Positions 55,193 to 64,000 of a stretch of 64,000 nt of DNA are shown here, piece by piece; positions within the stretch are counted from its first letter, which is position 1, and each line of letters starts with the position of its first letter. A model generated the notes under the pieces. It saw only the letters and a list, made by a program, of their open reading frames with translations. It made no database searches and had not been told where the DNA came from. The DNA lies in the NCBI RefSeq assembly GCF_009914755.1, contig NC_060947.1; one strand, written 5' to 3'. The DNA is from the human T2T-CHM13v2.0 reference genome, Homo sapiens. The position numbers and the translations under genes are program-made.

Positions 55193-55641
55193 TCAGTACA
55201 CGCTTGGGGGTTAACTTAAACAGTGACCATCACCAAGCGAAATCTTAAAATGCGAGCAACGTGGAGCTAAACGGACTGCAAAAAGAAGACCATTGTGTAT
55301 TGTAGGCACTGTCACAAAAAGGCAGAACCCCGCTTCTTCAGCGTAGCTGAGAACGTCCACATCAGGCAACTCAGATTTTTTTGCCACACTGCTTATGATG
55401 CCTCTGAATGGCCACAAACTTGCCCCAAGTATCAGCCGGGTGCGGTGGCTCATGCCTGTAAATTGCATCACTTTGGGAGGCCGAGGTGTGGGTGGATCGC
55501 ATCATGAGGTCGGGAGTTCGAGACCAGCCTGACCAACGTGGTGAAACCCCTTTTCCACTAAAAATACAAAATTACCCCGGCATGGTGGCTCATGCCTGTA
55601 ATCCCAGAACTTTTGGAGGCTGAGGCAGGAGCATTGCTTGA

Positions 55642-55902
<261 letters not shown>

Positions 55903-56451
55903 TAGCCAGGATGCTCTCGATCTCCTGACCTCGTGATCCGTCCACCTCAGCCTCCCAAAGTGCTGGGATTACAGGCATCAGTCAGCACACCTGGCCCACT
56001 TACCATCTTAACTGTGTGTGTTTGTTTTTTTTTTTTTTTTTTTTGAAAGGTAGCTCTCCAGAGAAAGACCCTGTAAGTATCTTTTTCTTTCTCAATGACA
56101 TCCTGTGATTGGGCCATGAGTCACCTCCAAGTTCAGTGCTCATTTCATGGAACTGTTTAGCTGTGGGGCCCCACTGAACCCTTTGTGGTCACGCGGCAGC
56201 TCTCGGAGGAGCCACGGTTCTCCTGAACGCCCCTGGCTCAGCTACTCAACAATCACACAATGGACAGAGCGACGTCCTTCCTCCAAAGCTGCCCACTGAG
56301 AGATTTTCAGGTCAAAAATTGTAGTGCGTTGAACAGTGACCCTTAACATTTATGTCCACGTTAACCTCAGAATGGGACATTATTTCAAAATAAGGTCTTT
56401 GCAGATGTGATGAAGGAAAGAATCTGAAGATTGGCCGGGCGCGGTGGCTCA

Positions 56452-56965
<514 letters not shown>

Positions 56966-57080
56966 TTATTAAACGTCCATAGTTACTAGTCGGGACTGGC
57001 AGGGATGGCTGCAGAGAGGAGCATGTCGTCAGTCACTAGAGGGCAGCAATGTCCCCCACCTTCAGGCGACCGGATTCTCA

Positions 57081-57377
<297 letters not shown>

Positions 57378-57411
57378 TCATGAGGTCAGGAGATCGAAAC
57401 CATCCTGGCTA

Positions 57412-57651
<240 letters not shown>

Positions 57652-57914
57652 CTAGCTACTGGGGAGGCTGAGGTGGGAGGATCACTTGAGTCTGTGAGGT
57701 GGAGGTTGCAGTAAGCTAAGATCACGCCGCTGCACTCCAGCCTGGGTGACAGAGTGTAACTCTGCCTTTAAAAACAAAAACAAAAACAAAACAGAGGCCA
57801 GGAGGGGTGATTCACGCCTGTAATCCCAGCACTTTGGGAGGTAGAGGCTGGAGGATCACTTGAGGTCAGGAGTTAGAGGCCAGCCTGGGCCACATAGCAA
57901 GATCCTGTCTCTAA

Positions 57915-58222
57915 GAAAAAGGAAGGAAGGAAGGAAGGAAAAAGAGAAAGGAAAGAAAGAGAAAGAAAGAAGGAAGGAAGGAAAAAGGAAAAGAAAGGAA
58001 AGAAAAAGAAAGAAGAGAGAGAGAAAAAAGAAAGAAAAAGAAAGAGAAAGGGCAAGCAAGCAAGCAGGGAGGGAGGGAGGGGAGGGAAGGAGGAGGGAAA
58101 GAAGGAAGGGAGGGAGGGAGGGAGGAAGGGAAAGAAAGGAAAGAAAAGAAGGAAGGAAGGAAAGAAAGAAAGAGAAAGAGAGAAAGAAAAGCAAGAAAGG
58201 AAAGAAAGAAAAAAGAAAAAGG
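57915..58222. repeat. GA-rich (GAAA/GGAA)n tract
   Basis: Direct reading. Confidence 0.9.
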
Positions 58223-58690
58223 ACATAAGTGCTTTGGCCCCACTGTGGATGGAGAGGTTGCTTTTGCCCAGCAGGGCCGCTTGGGCATGACCAAGAAGCA
58301 CTCTCGTTGCCACCTAACAAAGGCCTGTCTGAGTCGGGACCACGCAAGATGTGGACGCACGCAGGGAAAGCTGTCAGCAGCTTACACCCATGAAGCCCTT
58401 TGCTGTCCTCACCCGGAGGTGCAGACTCTGAGGACCCCTGAGGGAAAGAAAGGCAGGAAAGTCTGACCTCCTTGTCAGAGCCCTGTGTCCAAGAACTGGG
58501 TACTCAGCGATCACAGGACGGTTGGGTTTCTCCGCCTCCTCCCTCAGGTCACAACTCAGCTGTCTGTGCCCCAAACTGGCCACCGACACCAGGTTCTCTC
58601 TTCTTTTAAAGGTTTTCCAGAGAGGTGTACCTGGTGCCCCGTCCTGAGTTGAAAACAAAACATACTTTGCGCCGTGGCTCACGCCTGTCA

Positions 58691-59959
<1,269 letters not shown>

Positions 59960-60488
59960 TCAAAACAATGAAGAAATAACACATGTCCTAAGAGGCCGTG
60001 GCTCCTGATCGGACAGATTTTAATTTCAAAACTTCATCCACGTCTTTGGGTTCAGGCAGGGGGAGCGATGAACAGGTGCTGACAGCCAGCATCTTTCGAA
60101 AGATTTCCTTTGTGTTGACAGACTGAGTTGACACTTGCCCAGTGAAAGAGAGATGATTTGCTCTCTCTGTGACCACCTGCCCCCCAGGAGCCGGTGACCA
60201 AGATAAGCCCCGTGTCCCCAGCCAACCAGTCAAGGTGCCACCTGCGATAGCCCCTGAGTGACTCAGGCGGTGCCCACATTACCGTCGGTGACGGTAGCTT
60301 TGGTTTTCAGAACCTCTGATCACAAAACAAGGTTTCTCTGGGACACTCTGGCTGTGGCTCTACGGATGAGCTCAGCTGTGGAGAAACTTCTGAGTGAGCA
60401 GGATGGAGTTATAGAAAAAATATCAGGCCGGGCGCGGTGGCTCACGCCTGTCACCCCAGCACTTTGGGAGGCCGAGGCGGGCGGATCA

Positions 60489-60735
<247 letters not shown>

Positions 60736-60752
60736 TTAAATTAAATTTTTTA

Positions 60753-61046
<294 letters not shown>

Positions 61047-61730
61047 TCAAAAAAAATAAAGTAAAATAAAATAATAATTTTAAAAAATAAAGATATCAGG
61101 CCGGTTGCAGTGGCTCACGCCTGTAATCCCAGCACTTCGTGAGGCCGAGGCGGGTGGATCCCCTGAGGTCAGGAGTTCGAGACCAGCCTGGCCAACAGGG
61201 TGACATCCCATCTCTACTAAAAATACAATAGTTAGCCGGGCGTGGTGGCGGGTGCCTGTAATCCCAGCTACTCAGGAGGCTGAGGCAGGAGAATCGCTTG
61301 AACCAGGAAGGTGGAGGTTGAGGTGAGCCTACATAGAGCCGCTGCACTCCAGCCTGGGCAACAAGAGCAAAACTCCATCTCAAAAAAACATAAATAAAAA
61401 TAGATAAATAAATAAATAACAAAAATATCAGGCGAGGCACTGTGGCTCACGCCTGAAATCCCAGCACTTTGTGAGGCCGAGGTGGGCGGATCCCCAGAGA
61501 TCAGGAGTTTGAGACCAGCCAGACCAACATGGTGAAACCCCGTCTCTACTAAAAATACAAAAATTAGCCGGGCGTGGTGGTGTGCACCTGTCATCCCAGC
61601 TACTCAGGAGGCCGAGGCGGGAGAATCGTTTGAACCCGGGAGGTGGTTTTGCAGGATAGATAGATTCAAGAGATCTATGGTACAATGCATGGCTGGGCGC
61701 AGTGGCTCATGCCTGTAATCCCACCACTTA

Positions 61731-62057
<327 letters not shown>

Positions 62058-62539
62058 TCACGTTCAGACAGAAGTGGGTCGGTCTTGCAACTGCCGGAGA
62101 CCGTGGCCCCTGCCCTGGGGGGCTCTGAGCAGTAGCAGAACCAGCCACATTGCAGAAGCCGGGAACCAGGAGTCAGCCTCACGGTGGGTGGAGGGTGGGG
62201 GGCTGGAGGATCCCTCATTTCCCCGGGACAGACCTGCACGTCCACCCTCTTAGAAGCCAGGGCAAGAGCAAAGAGTGGGCACGTGGTCTGAGAGACCCAC
62301 TGGTCACGGAAGGTCTCAGCAACACCATCCCCAGGAGGGTCCTTGCAGGCACCTGTGGGGCTAGTTCCTGGCTCCAGGCAGCCTTTACCGTCCAACCCAG
62401 GCAGGAGTGGTTTCCGTGACCCCAGTATTGCCCGTGGAATTCCCCTGAGACGAGGGGCTTTCCTGGCGAACTTTCCCAGCGAAAACACATCCGGTCACAG
62501 GCTTTGCAGCCCCCTCACTCCTGGGATCCCTGGGGAAGG

Positions 62540-63346
<807 letters not shown>

Positions 63347-63464
63347 TGAACTCCTGAGCTCAGTCAATCCACCCGCCTCAGCCTCCCAAAGTGCTGGGAT
63401 TACAGGCCTGAGCCTCCGTGCCCGACTGACTACTCCTGGTTTAATTCATCCCAGGCAAATGCAG

Positions 63465-63999
<535 letters not shown>

Positions 64000-64000
64000 C

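Overview
Human (primate) genomic DNA, extremely Alu-, LTR- and VNTR-rich, containing the complete CSF2RA gene (GM-CSF receptor alpha chain; pseudoautosomal region PAR1) on the + strand. It runs from the PU.1/C-EBP promoter (~40-70) through two non-coding exons and 11 coding exons (1203 nt, 400 aa, all GT-AG junctions traced by hand) to an Alu-tail polyA signal (~43622-43634). About 20 kb of repeat-dominated downstream sequence follows; IL3RA is expected beyond the window. Alternative-isoform elements are visible: a 22-codon uORF, an extra 5'UTR exon, a 102-nt Alu exon, a 97-nt TM exon whose skipping gives the soluble form, and an alternative C-terminal exon. MIR3690 is present twice. Apart from CSF2RA-related ORFs, the ORF track is Alu or simple-repeat artefact, and I see no novel protein-coding system. 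The most unusual signal is a recurring local process: fragments of LTRs and Alus are tandemly amplified into minisatellites, single units are copied in inverted orientation elsewhere (including into a 5'UTR exon), and TE termini supply CSF2RA splice and polyA signals. TE subfamily names are from recalled consensus sequences and need a RepeatMasker check.
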